Origin: Octopus sinensis
Lineage: Eukaryota
NCBI RefSeq assembly: GCF_006345805.1
Contig: NW_021832697.1
Coordinates: 1-31,060, forward strand
Direction of reading: 5' to 3'
Length of the DNA stretch: 31,060 nt
Each line of letters starts with the position of its first letter. Positions within the stretch are counted from its first letter, which is position 1. The notes under the pieces were generated by a model. The model worked only from the letters and a program-made list of their open reading frames with translations, was not told the DNA's origin and did no database searches. A program made the position numbers and the translations under genes. Below, one piece after another: positions 1 to 10,696 of this stretch.

Positions 1-198
1 CTAACGCTTCATGGAACCTAAACACCTAATGATGACAATAAAAACGAAAATTGATTAAAGAATACTCAATGTGTTTGAGAGAAAAAATTTATGATTTTCA
101 CAAGTATTTTACAGATTTCGGAAAAGAAATTCGTGTCCAATTTTCTAAAATAGCAAACGTCCAAGAAACTCTAAGTTTTGATGTTCCAAAATTTAACC

Positions 199-431
199 TA
201 TTTCTTTACTACCCACAAGGGGCTAAACACAGAGGGGACAAACAAGGACGGACAAACGGATTAAGTCGATTATATCGACCCCAGTGCGTAACTGGTACTT
301 AATTTATCGACCCCGAAAGGATGAAAGGCAAAGTCGACCTCGGCGGAATTTGAACTCAGAACGTAACGGCAGACGAAATACGGCTACGCATTTCGCCCGG
401 CGTGCTAACGTTTCTACCAACTCGCCGCCTT
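199..431 (-). mobile_element. tRNA-derived SINE, family A (tail type 1), full length
   Basis: Minus strand reads AAGGCGGCGAGTTGGTAGAAACG (A-box-like) ... GAGTTCAAATTCC (B-box) ... GCCTTTCATCCTTTCGGGGTCGATAAATTAAGTACCAG ... AAAGAAATA. Many homologous copies occur in the window. Flanked by an imperfect TSD, tccaaaa(a)tttaa(c/t)cta, at 185-200 and 433-449. Confidence 0.92.
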
Positions 432-590
432 ATCCAAAAATTTAATCTACCGATATATAAAGTATTAAAGTTATTATTGTTAAGTCTACAGGACGTGTAA
501 AAACTCACGGCAAAGGAATGATAGCATGTTCTGTAGATGGGACAATATAACTGCAATGCTATTATAAAAATTGTCTGAAGAAAATGTGCT

Positions 591-1037
591 GGATCTTTTC
601 GGTTTGAACGGCAGTTTTTTAAAATAATTTCCACGTAACTAAACACTTTTAAACTTCGTATATTGGTAGAATGTGTTTACAAAACATCTTTTTATCTTGG
701 CTTTATTGAGAAAATTCTTTAGTTTGTAAAATATTTTTTGTTTTTTTCTTCAATTTCTGCAATTTGAACCAATCAATGACGTCTATTGAGGTGAAAACAT
801 TCTGTGCTGTATGAATATGTCCCTCGCTTAAGAAACAGATTGGGATTATTTACATTTCTGAAGAAAAAAAGATACCCTTCCTCCCACCCCTAACTCTCAC
901 CCTAACCCTAACAAACCCTAACTAACCCTAACCCTAAAACAGATTGAAATGCAATTGATCGATACTAGGGTCATAATTATGGGGGACAATTTCATATGGC
1001 ACCGCTAGAAAATTCTGCCGTTCAAACTGAAAGATCC
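591..1037. mobile_element. MITE / non-autonomous DNA transposon with 8-bp TSD
   Basis: TIRs GGATCTTTTCGGTTTGAACGGCAG ... CTGCCGTTCAAACTGAAAGATCC. Exact TSD AATGTGCT at 583-590 and 1038-1045. No ORF. Internal degenerate (CCCTAA)n at about 887-936. Confidence 0.9.
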
Positions 1038-1280
1038 AATGTGCTCAGTTGTTTTCCAGACAAGAGATGGCTGGAAGAAGGAATACTATTTTACTTTTAA
1101 AGCATATAGTTTAAACATTCAGCGAAGTTATATCAAAAGCCTCCCATGCTCATCTAGGTTTTCTATAGAGTTCGCACGGCACGGAAAATACAGAAAAAAG
1201 ACTAATAATATAAACACACCATTGGCTGATATACTCGATGGTTTAACATGCAAGCTGCAACCACTTGATGTTTTTCGTTC

Positions 1281-1460
1281 AGATGAATTGGCGGGATCGC
1301 TTCCGGCTTTTACGTTCTGCTTTCAAATTCTGTTGAGGTGGATATTGCTTTCATCCTTTCCTGATCAACGAAATAAGTACCAGATGAACGTTGGGGGTCG
1401 ATCTAATTGCCTAACCCCTTCTCTCCAAATTACAAACCGTGGCCCCTATAGAAGAAAGAA
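1281..1460 (+). mobile_element. Degenerate family A SINE (tail type 2)
   Basis: tacgttctgctttcaaattc...gctttcatcctttc...aaataagtaccag...gggggtcgatctaattg...agaagaaagaat aligns by eye to the other A copies. Confidence 0.7.
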
Positions 1461-1523
1461 TTGTTGTTGTTGTTGTTGTTATTAAAATCAAAATTAAAAG
1501 AAGAGTGCCATTGTCTCATCTAG

Positions 1524-1563
1524 TGAAGATATTTCGACATCTCGTGTGTCTTCAACAGGTTCA
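1524..1563 (-). ncRNA. Variant hammerhead-like motif (possible Penelope-like remnant)
   Basis: Minus strand: UGAA-CCUGUUGAA-GACA-cacgaga-UGUC-GAAA-UA-UC-UUCA. Stems I and II pair and the stem III dinucleotide is palindromic, but the core is non-canonical. Confidence 0.35.
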
Positions 1564-1568
1564 AAACA

Positions 1569-1623
<55 letters not shown>

Positions 1624-1703
1624 GTTATTAATATTTTCATCATCATTATCATCATCGTCATCATCATCATCATCATCATCATCATTATTATTATCATTAT
1701 TAA

Positions 1704-1758
<55 letters not shown>
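1569..1758. repeat. Compound (ATT)n/(ATC)n microsatellite
   Basis: Direct inspection. Confidence 0.98.
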
Positions 1759-1890
1759 GAGTGAGAGAGCAGTTCATGCCATCAAAGTGACACTGGGGTA
1801 AAATATACGAAGCCCAGTATACCCATCATGACTACCAGTCTGATAAGGGAACACCAGGCACATGCATCAGAACCACATGTGCGCGACATG

Positions 1891-1894
<4 letters not shown>
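1759..1894 (-). mobile_element. Probable 3' end of a non-LTR retroelement with a (TAA)n tail (possibly R4/Dong-like)
   Basis: GC-richer 135-bp block abutting the (TAA)n tract on one side and cut off by (AT)n on the other. It resembles a repeat I recall from octopus; the family call is tentative. Confidence 0.4.
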
Positions 1895-1955
<61 letters not shown>

Positions 1956-2228
1956 CTTACAGTGAACATAAAAGCTACATGGTGTTAACTTGAACTTGTT
2001 TATAAAAACAATATGAGACAATCGAGAAACGTTTTCAACAGGTTTAACTGTACTTAACAGAATTTTCATACAGGTGTATACAGCAACTTATGTCTATGGG
2101 GTACTTCATATACGCACACGCATGTTTATAGATAAATAAATAAATAGGTAGCTATGCATGTATATATATATAGATAGATACATATATCTATATATTCATA
2201 CACACACCATATATATATATATATATCC

Positions 2229-2265
<37 letters not shown>

Positions 2266-2420
2266 CATATATACATGTATGTGTGTGTGCGTGTATGTAT
2301 GTGAGTGTGCGTGTGTGTATGCATATATACAAATTCAGATTGTGATATATGTATTCATGTATATATATGTATGTATGTATCTATGTATGTATGTATCTAT
2401 GTATGTATGTGCGCATGTAT
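1894..2420. repeat. (AT)n tract (1894-1950) and compound (TA)/(CA)/(TATG) microsatellites (2125-2420)
   Basis: Direct inspection. Confidence 0.95.
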
Positions 2421-3273
2421 AGTTAACCCAATTATGTATCCATATTTTATGTTTCGTGTATAGAAACATGCACACCTCTACAAATTCACACGCTGATAAA
2501 ACACATCTTATATTCCAATATGTCAATTTACATCTAGATTATATATACACCTATAATGCCTGTCTCGTAGTTGAAAGCATTTTTCCGTTGTTCGACACAA
2601 TTCTTTAAAAAAAACCAATCTTGTTTTACAATATCACTTTTTCCTCTTCGACTAAATCACAATCTATGTGGACCAGTTTTGTTAAACATGTTCACAATTT
2701 ATATGTGTTGCCGGGAATAATGCACTACCGTGGGAAGCTAAAAAAACTGAGGCTCTATCTTGAGCGCTAGCTCCCGGACAGAACCTGTATAACTCGTACG
2801 TTCTATATTAGATTCTTTTTTGCCCACGAAAGCAAAATATCAAATTGGGTATTCACGATATATTCCAGGGGCCATTAGAAGGTTTATTATAGATGTACTT
2901 ATTTTAAGAAACAACTAGCTTTCTTTTTCTACAGCTTCAATAGTTCAGCATAGCAAGGTGCAGACACACTAATATTTGCCTTTATTTAGGTAAGTGAATA
3001 GTATTCGAGCTAAGTATTCCCCAAACGTGTTACTGAAGTAGTTATCTGCTTACAGAAGAAACTTATTAAATTATGAGTGATGGAATATTTCAAGCAAGGT
3101 TTAAAGATGGCAAGCCTAATGAGTAGAAAAGAAATGGCGCTGCAAAAAATATTCACTACATTAGAAGAAAGCGCAATTGTGCATTACTGCTTTTCCTTCA
3201 TCATATCCTGTTGAATCCGGTTTCAGCGGCCTCTAACTTAATATCTCAAAACCTGGTAACAGTCTCGACAGTG

Positions 3274-3680
3274 TACTCTTTTACTTGTTTCAGTCATTTG
3301 TCTGCGGCCATGCTGGAGCACCACCTTTAGTCGAGCAAATCGACCCCAAGACTTATTCTTTGTAAGCCTAGTACTTATTCTATCGGTCTCTTTTGCCGAA
3401 CTGCCAAGTTACGGGGACGTAAACACACCAACATCGGTTGTCAAGCGATGTTGGGGGGGACAAACACAGACACACAAACATATACACACACATACATATA
3501 TATATATACATATATACGACGGGCTTCTTTCAGTTTCCGTCTACCAAATCCACTCACAAGGTTTTGGTCGGCCGGAGGCTATAGTAGAAGACAGTTGCCC
3601 AAGGTGCCACGCAGTGGGACTGAACCCGGATCTATGTGGTTGGTAAGCAACCTACTTACCACATAGCCACTACAGTGCCT
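3274..3680 (-). mobile_element. tRNA-derived SINE, family B, full length
   Basis: Minus strand has head GTGGCTATGTGGTAAG...GGGTTCAGTCCC, CORE-like CCTTGGGCAA, an internal (TA/TG)n and tail ...AAATGACTGAAACAAGTAAAAGAGTA. Homologous to 23005-24611 and 25847-26128. Confidence 0.92.
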
Positions 3681-4036
3681 ATACAAGTAATTTTTTATTA
3701 GATTATCTGTGATACTATTGGGACCGAATATTACAAAACAGTGTAGTATCAACTACAAGGCTCGTATGGAATAAAGTATTACTAAAGTAGTTCAGCATTT
3801 TCTTTCTTCATAAACTTCTCCCTGTATATTCATGATTATTTTACGAGTGAACATCAGCTTTCCATAAAATTGTGTTAATTGCTACAGTTTATGGGCAATG
3901 AACTGGTTATTCTGCTACAACACAAAATAATTTTCATGCAGTTCATAACATCCTTTTGCTCTTTGCTGTTTTACTGTTTTCAGTTCAAGAACTGCGGCCA
4001 TACTGGAACACCGATATCAGATTTGCTGCACCTTCA

Positions 4037-4905
4037 TTACTTGAAATCTCCACTAACACGTGTCATTTGGCGATTGAGAGAATTTGATGTCGCTGCTGTT
4101 GCTGTTGAGCAAACGGTCTTCGTCCCAAAACTCGCAAGATGGGAGAAATCCGAAACGTAGTCCTTTGCTATTCGTAAGACCAGCAGAAGAGAATGCTTTC
4201 TCTTCCCCCGACACCGAAAGCATCGATGATGGATGAATGCGCATCCAGGCTCAGCGGTTGCGTAGGAAGTCGGGGAGGACAAGAAACAGGAAGAAAGAGT
4301 GAGATAAAATTGGAGCGAAAGTGTACAACAGGGGTCGCCACCACCCCCTGCCGGAGCCTCGTGGAACTTTAAGTGTTTTCGCTCAATAAACACGCACAAC
4401 GCCCGGTCTGGGAATCGAAACCGTGATCTTCCGACCGCGAGTCCGCTACCCTAACCACTGGGCCATTACGCCTCCTGATGTTGCTGCTCTCGTTTCTGTT
4501 TCCTTTCGCGATGTTGGTTCATCCGGAACTTTCGACAGGACGACATCCAGTGTTGCTTTGAAGACACCTACATCCACACCATATAGATCTCTCCGGATTT
4601 TGGGGAGGCTATCGGAGAGCTGTAAACCCTTGAAACCTAAAATGTTGCAATATTGGTCCTGTATCCTGATGGTAACGTTGGGATTTTTTGGCAATATGCA
4701 GTGGCGCACCGTTCTGACGTTTGTACATGTTTCAATACGGAAATTGTCACAAGTCCTTCCAGGATTTCCCATGTGCATTGCATGCATTTCCCACCTTCGT
4801 TCTAAGTAGCAGAGTCCTAACTTCTTCAGCGTTCCCCAGTAGGTGACCTGTCCCATTGAGATGATCTCCTTTGTGTAGTTTTGCTTGATTGCACCGAGTA
4901 AATAT
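4037..4905 (-). pseudogene. Decayed CR1-group LINE ORF2 C-terminus, split by a family C SINE (LINE parts 4476-4905 and 4037-4084)
   Basis: Translation ..MGQVTYW..LKKLGLCYLERR....LGFKGLQLSDSLPK..RDLYGVDVGVFKATLDVVLSKVPDEPTSRKETETRAATS resumes beyond the SINE as AATSNSLNRQMTRVSGDFK*. These are typical post-RT motifs (L.SLE.RR, FK..LD..L). Confidence 0.85.
4098..4475 (-). mobile_element. tRNA-derived SINE, family C (tail type 1, (AACAGC)n), full length
   Basis: Head GGAGGCGTAATGGCCCAGTGGTTAGG..GTTTCGATTCCC. 13-bp TSD tgatgt(c/t)gctgct at 4085-4097 and 4476-4488. Confidence 0.93.
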
Positions 4906-4966
4906 CGCGCCCTTTCAATCTAGAATATAGTCGCACGCAGGGGGGGTGCACAAACGCAAACATTCT

Positions 4967-4968
4967 CT

Positions 4969-5050
<82 letters not shown>

Positions 5051-5250
5051 ACTACATACATACATTATATATATATCATACATATATTAATATATTATAT
5101 ATATATATATATATACATACATACATACATAACATACATACATATATTATATATATATATAATATACATTTATATTATATATGCATATATATACATATAT
5201 GTATGCATTTATGTATGTATATAGGTAAGTAGGTAGGTAGGTAGGTATAC
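4967..5250. repeat. Compound (CA)n/(TA)n/(TACA)n/(GTAG)n microsatellite
   Basis: Direct inspection. Confidence 0.97.
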
Positions 5251-5297
5251 TAGTTTCTTACATAGTCTTATTGAAGTCCTAAAATCCTCTCAACTAT

Positions 5298-5622
5298 AAA
5301 CATAAGCCCTAAAATCTGATTGAAGGGGGTAAGTCTATAACAACAACTCCGAACTTCATCAACTGGTACCAATTCAACAAAGAATAAAATGCAAAGTCAA
5401 CCTTGGTCGAAGTTGAACTCAGAGCCCAAAGCCAGAAGAAATGAGGCTAATCATTTTATCCGGAGTACTTACGAGTCTGCTAGATCGCCGCATCATCGAA
5501 GCCCTAAAATAACGAAAGGCAAACGTCTACTTTGCAAAACTCATCTGGGTTTCAATTCAAGCTGAACGTAAAGGGACGGAAATCAATACCGCAAGGCACC
5601 TTGCTCACTGCTTTGCCAATTC
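5298..5622 (-). mobile_element. Two old, degenerate family A SINE fragments
   Basis: aactggtacc...gcaaagtcaaccttggtcgaagttgaactcaga...ctgctagatcgccg, followed by gaaaggcaaacgtctac...gaacgtaaagggacggaaat. Confidence 0.6.
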
Positions 5623-5794
5623 TCACGGAACAATAATAAAACGGGATTGGTTGATTGTAATTTAGAATTTAGGATTTGGAACATAGAATTTCAATTAACG
5701 AACCGATTGCCAAACGGAACCATTCCATAGGAAATATTCGTGGTATACCATTCCTTATAAGGAAGCGTATGGCTCTCACACTACCTCACAGCAC

Positions 5795-6462
5795 GGTGAT
5801 GTTGTTGTTGTTGTTGTTAGTGGCGGTGCTGATGGCATAGTGATGGTAGTGGTGGCGGTGGTGGTGGTGGTGGCAGCGGCTTCGGCGGTGGAGGTGATAA
5901 TGCTGCTGGTGTTGGCGAGTTGGTTTTATAAACTTGTAGGTGTTTCTGATGCTACTGATGTTGCGGATGATGATGATGAGGAGGAGGAGGAGGAGGAGGG
6001 GGGGAGGAGGGGGGGGAGGGGGAAGGAGGGGGAAGGAGGGGGAAGAGGGGGAAGAGGGGAAGGAGGAGGGGGAGGAGGATAACGACGACGACAAAGACGG
6101 CAACGACAATTACCACGACGGTGACGATGATGATGATGATGATGATGATGATAGCGTCATGATGATAAGAACCATGGTGGTTATTACCATGAATGTGATG
6201 ATGATGATGATGATGATGATTTGGAGGAGGAGAAGGAGGAGGAGGAGGAGTAGCAGGTTATTGGCTATAAGTAAGGTGTGGTGATGAGTACGACGATAAT
6301 GCTACTGCTGCTGCGGCTGCTGATGATGATGATGATGACGACGACGACGACGACGAAAAGGAAGAGGAGAGGAGGATGAAAAGAATGATGACAACGACGA
6401 TGACATATAATGACTTATAATCTGGGTGATGATGACGATGACGACGACGACGATGACGACGG

Positions 6463-6519
<57 letters not shown>

Positions 6520-6530
6520 CGATGATGAAG
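5795..6530. repeat. Compound trinucleotide low-complexity block (GTT/GTG/GAT/GAG/GAC)
   Basis: Direct inspection; this block is the source of the spurious poly-D/E/M ORFs. Confidence 0.95.
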
Positions 6531-6699
6531 TGTTTGCTAGTCAAACCAGAACGCAACAACACTTTTTCAGCGCGCGCGCGCGTGCGGGCAACTCGATAGT
6601 CTTTACCTGTAATTACAAATGATGTCATATCACTTTTACACCTGTTTTATTTCTCCTTTGATGTTTCTTTTTATGTTTCCATCCGTCGGCTAACGATGT

Positions 6700-7340
6700 T
6701 TCTACTCTTCCTTCGCTTCCCCTTTTCATCCTTCATATTTTTTTGCCAACCACATCTTTTTCATCTTCGTTCTTGTTCCATTTTATTTCTTCGTTTTTCT
6801 TCTCTTTTTTTCTTCTCTTTTTTTCTTCTTTTCCTTTCACGTCTTATTTCACTTCTTCTGTTCTCTTTCTTCCACATTATTCATCCATCTTTTATTCTAT
6901 TTTCATCAACTCCCAACTTTTTATTCTTCCTCTGTTTAAGGTTATCTTCATCTTTTATTTCGTTTTTTCCTTTTCCTCCTCTTATTTCTTCCTCTCCTTA
7001 TTCAACTTATTTTCCACATTCTTCTATTTCTTTCTTCGGATTCTTCATTTTTCTTCCACCTATTCTTCTTTCCTTCTACCCCCACCTTCTTGTCTCATTT
7101 CCTTCTCTTCTTTTCGCCCACTTATTCCTCCTACTTCTCCCTCTTATCTTATTTTCCTAACTCTTTATTCTTAATATTTCATTTATTCTTCTTTATCTCC
7201 TTCCTTTTTCCTCCTCCTATCTTTCCTTCACCCTCTCCTCTTCTTTTTCTTTTCTTTCTCATTTCTCCATCCTCTTTCCTCCCTTTCCTTCCTCCCTTAC
7301 TCATTCTACATATTCCCGTAACCCTTTTCTTTCCATTCTT
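6700..7340. repeat. Polypyrimidine low-complexity tract (decayed CTT/CCT)
   Basis: About 640 bp, strongly T/C-rich on the + strand. Confidence 0.9.
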
Positions 7341-7559
7341 ACAGCTACCATTACCATTACGTCTGCTACTACCACTAATGCTGCTGCCGCTACTTCTACG
7401 TCATCGATTTTGGAAATATTCACGACAGAATGACTTCAATCAGTCTCCAATTCCAAATGTTATTAATTCCACAGAAGTTTACTGAATTAAGAATCATTTC
7501 GTTCGTCAACTTTTGGCTCACATGAACAAACAAAATAACACGTACAAACATGCAGGTAT

Positions 7560-7591
7560 GCACACACACACACATACATACATACATACAA

Positions 7592-7649
<58 letters not shown>

Positions 7650-7665
7650 ATATATATATAGATAT

Positions 7666-7698
<33 letters not shown>

Positions 7699-7844
7699 CA
7701 TACATATATAATATATATATTATATATATATATATATTACATATACACAGAAACACACACACACATAATATATATGCATATGTATATGTGTATTATATGT
7801 CTATAAATATATATAGACATATGTATGTGTGTGTATATATAAAT

Positions 7845-7910
<66 letters not shown>

Positions 7911-8034
7911 CATACATATATACATATATATATATATTATATATATACACACATACATACAAAAACACAAATACACACACAGAAAAAAAAATATATATAT
8001 ATAAATAAATAAATAAATATATATATGTGTGTGT

Positions 8035-8076
<42 letters not shown>

Positions 8077-8095
8077 GGTATATGAATACATATAC
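7560..8095. repeat. Compound (CA)/(CATA)/(TA)/(TG) microsatellite
   Basis: Direct inspection. Confidence 0.97.
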
Positions 8096-8434
8096 ACTCG
8101 CGCACGCACTAAAACGAATGTTCAAATAAAAATCTCAAAGGTATAAAAATGTAAATGACGCAAAGAACGTTCAGAAATTCATTCCAACTTCTCGAACTTA
8201 AATGAAATTTTATATCCATTCATGCATGCGCGCGCGCGTTTGTGTGTGTGCGCTTGCGGATGGCACTTTTAGAACAATTCAAATATATTTGTGGTGTATG
8301 TGATCTGTAAAAGAAAAAGGCCAATTTTACTGCAGTTTGCCATGGAGAAAACTTCTCGGTTTACCAAAACAGTGAACTCGTTTCAGAGCTGCCGTTTGCT
8401 CTGTAATAAATCAAAACACACTGAGCTCGAAATA

Positions 8435-8944
8435 CAGGGTTTCCATAAAGTCATGGGGCAATTTAAAACACTTGTATCTTCGTAACTATACATGATAGAA
8501 TTATTCTGTAAAAAGGAAAAGTAAGTAGAATGGCCTAAATGTTTTATTCATCTTGTTAATTTTCAACATGTCCACCATCCATACTAATACAAAGAGAAAT
8601 ACGATTTTGTAATTTTCGGAAAACATTTTCCAACCGATTTTCAGTAAATACCTTCAATCACATCAGTTTTCCTTGCTTTGAAGTTTTCTAAAGATCGAAG
8701 CTTAATTGAATAAAAGAAATACCTTTCACATATCTTCATTAAAAAAATCCAATGGAGTCCAATCTCGTGTACGTGGAGGCCAAAATAATGGTCCACCTCT
8801 TCTTCAAATCTGTTAAGGAATTTCTTATTTACAAACTGCTTAACTTGCAGAGCAAAGTGACAAGGTGCACCATCTTATTGAAGAACTATATTCTTTAACA
8901 ATTCTAATTTTGTAGCATCGCACCATGACCTTATGAAGACCCTG
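8435..8944 (-). mobile_element. Internally deleted Tc1/mariner transposon with decayed transposase C-terminus (DD41D-like)
   Basis: TA TSD at 8433-34 and 8945-46. TIRs CAGGGTTTCCATAAAGTCATGG / CCATGACCTTATGAAGACCCTG. Minus-strand translation Q*DGAPCHFALQVKQFVNKKFLNR/..RGGPLFWPPRTRDWTPLDFF**RYVK...DGGHVEN*. Confidence 0.93.
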
Positions 8945-9220
8945 TACTTATATAAGTCCATAATAGTTGTTCCAAAAGGATTTTGGTCTTTTACACCTTT
9001 TGCCAAAAGTGAGGAGTTTTCCTCCATTGTAAACCGCTTTACAAATATTCTTTCTACACATCAAATATGTCCGAAACGTATTTGCGCTGATCTTAATGTT
9101 CGTTTATTTAATATCATCCAATCTTCAAGTGCCTAGCATATGCTTTGTTCCGGTTAGACAGAGGCAGCACTGTCACGGTGCTTAGTTGGTTACTATTCAT
9201 TTCCTATAAGGCTTCTAGTC

Positions 9221-9315
9221 ATTTCAGAGTTGTCCCGCTTCGTGTCAAATTCATACTGATGAGAGCTTAAAGAGCTCGAAATGGATTTATTAGTACACAG
9301 CGGGCGTTCTGAAAT
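9221..9315 (+). ncRNA. Type I hammerhead ribozyme-like motif with canonical core
   Basis: CTGATGA 9256-62; stem II GAGCT/AGCTC 9263-77; GAAA 9278-81; TGGA-TT. Stem I is ATTCATA/TATTAGT, extended by GTGT/ACAC, CCCGCT/AGCGGG and ATTTCAGAG/TTCTGAAAT. Confidence 0.7.
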
Positions 9316-9364
9316 AAGTGTAGTATTTGACACTATTTGCTTTATATATATATACTATACATTT

Positions 9365-9546
9365 TAAAACCTCTCTAGCCACTACACATTCTTTATTTTC
9401 TCTTGTTTGTTTCAGTTTTTCTTTCTGTGGAAGAGCTTAGGTTCGAAACGTTAAGGACTTTTTCCCTTCTCGAGCGTTATAGTAATACATTTTTTGTCTA
9501 CACAACCTATATTCGTCTTTTGTTTACTTTGTGAATTCTTCCTATT
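9365..9546 (+). mobile_element. Probable Penelope-like element terminal fragment with variant hammerhead-like motif (9420-9457)
   Basis: TCTTT-CTGTGGAA-GAGC-ttag-GTTC-GAAA-CG-TT-AAGGA. The fragment is embedded in (TA)n and its end is repeated in inverted orientation at 9632-9647. Confidence 0.5.
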
Positions 9547-9564
9547 ATACATATTATATACATA

Positions 9565-9626
<62 letters not shown>

Positions 9627-9662
9627 GTATATATAGGAAGAATTTACTTTGGTGAATCTTCC

Positions 9663-9706
<44 letters not shown>

Positions 9707-9790
9707 ATATATTATATACATATATATACATACATACATATATACATACACACGCATATATACACACACACATACATATATATATATACA
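9547..9790. repeat. (TA)n/(CA)n tract containing inverted and direct copies of gtgaattcttcctat
   Basis: Copies at 9530-9544 (+), 9632-9647 (-) and 9652-9665 (+). Confidence 0.9.
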
Positions 9791-9856
9791 CACCAGAGTA
9801 AGCACATAAATGCGAAACTAGGTGTAAAAAATAGTACAGGAATACCAGAGTTAGTG

Positions 9857-9918
9857 TAATATGCTTTATCAAAAGCAGCAAAACATCACGTGAGATTTTT
9901 GCTGCTTTTAATAAAGTA

Positions 9919-9923
<5 letters not shown>
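9857..9923. repeat. Spacer-less imperfect palindrome (about 33-bp arms) centred on CACGTG
   Basis: taatatgctttatcaaaagcagcaaaacatcac | gtgagatttttgctgcttttaataaagtatgtta. Confidence 0.9.
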
Positions 9924-10278
<355 letters not shown>

Positions 10279-10696
10279 TTGCCATACACAGCCTCGTTTA
10301 TATTCTTATTTTTTGTTTTTGCTTTAATGTTTGTTTATTATTCTTATTCGTGTTCTAAGCGTGTTTTTCGAAGAACTTTATTATCCTTGGAATGTTTTCC
10401 TATTTATCGTGTCTATGTTTATGAAATTCTTTAAAGCGTATATCCTGTTTGTAAAAATAGGAAGGTTTTTATTCACGGTTCATCGGCCATGCTGTGTTTT
10501 CAATAGACTTTAGTTGTGTTTTTGTGAAGATGGTTTGTTTGTGAATCATACAGGAAGATCTCTTTCGGTTCACCGGTTGTTCGCTCATTCACGCCGTTGA
10601 TTTGTTTTTATGGGTTAATAATACTACTACGGTCGGTGGAGAGTTTTATTGTTCGTGTAAGAGAACGTGATGATGATGCCACTACTGATGAATATG

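Noticed and set aside
4135-4165. GGA-gaaa-TCC-GAAA-CG-TA, a hammerhead-like half in the antisense strand of SINE C
   Set aside because: No CUGANGA-like core or stem I, and the UH is not conserved in the 12.7 kb copy.
7475-7555. AG...GTATG exon-like segment
   Set aside because: Stop codons in all three frames.
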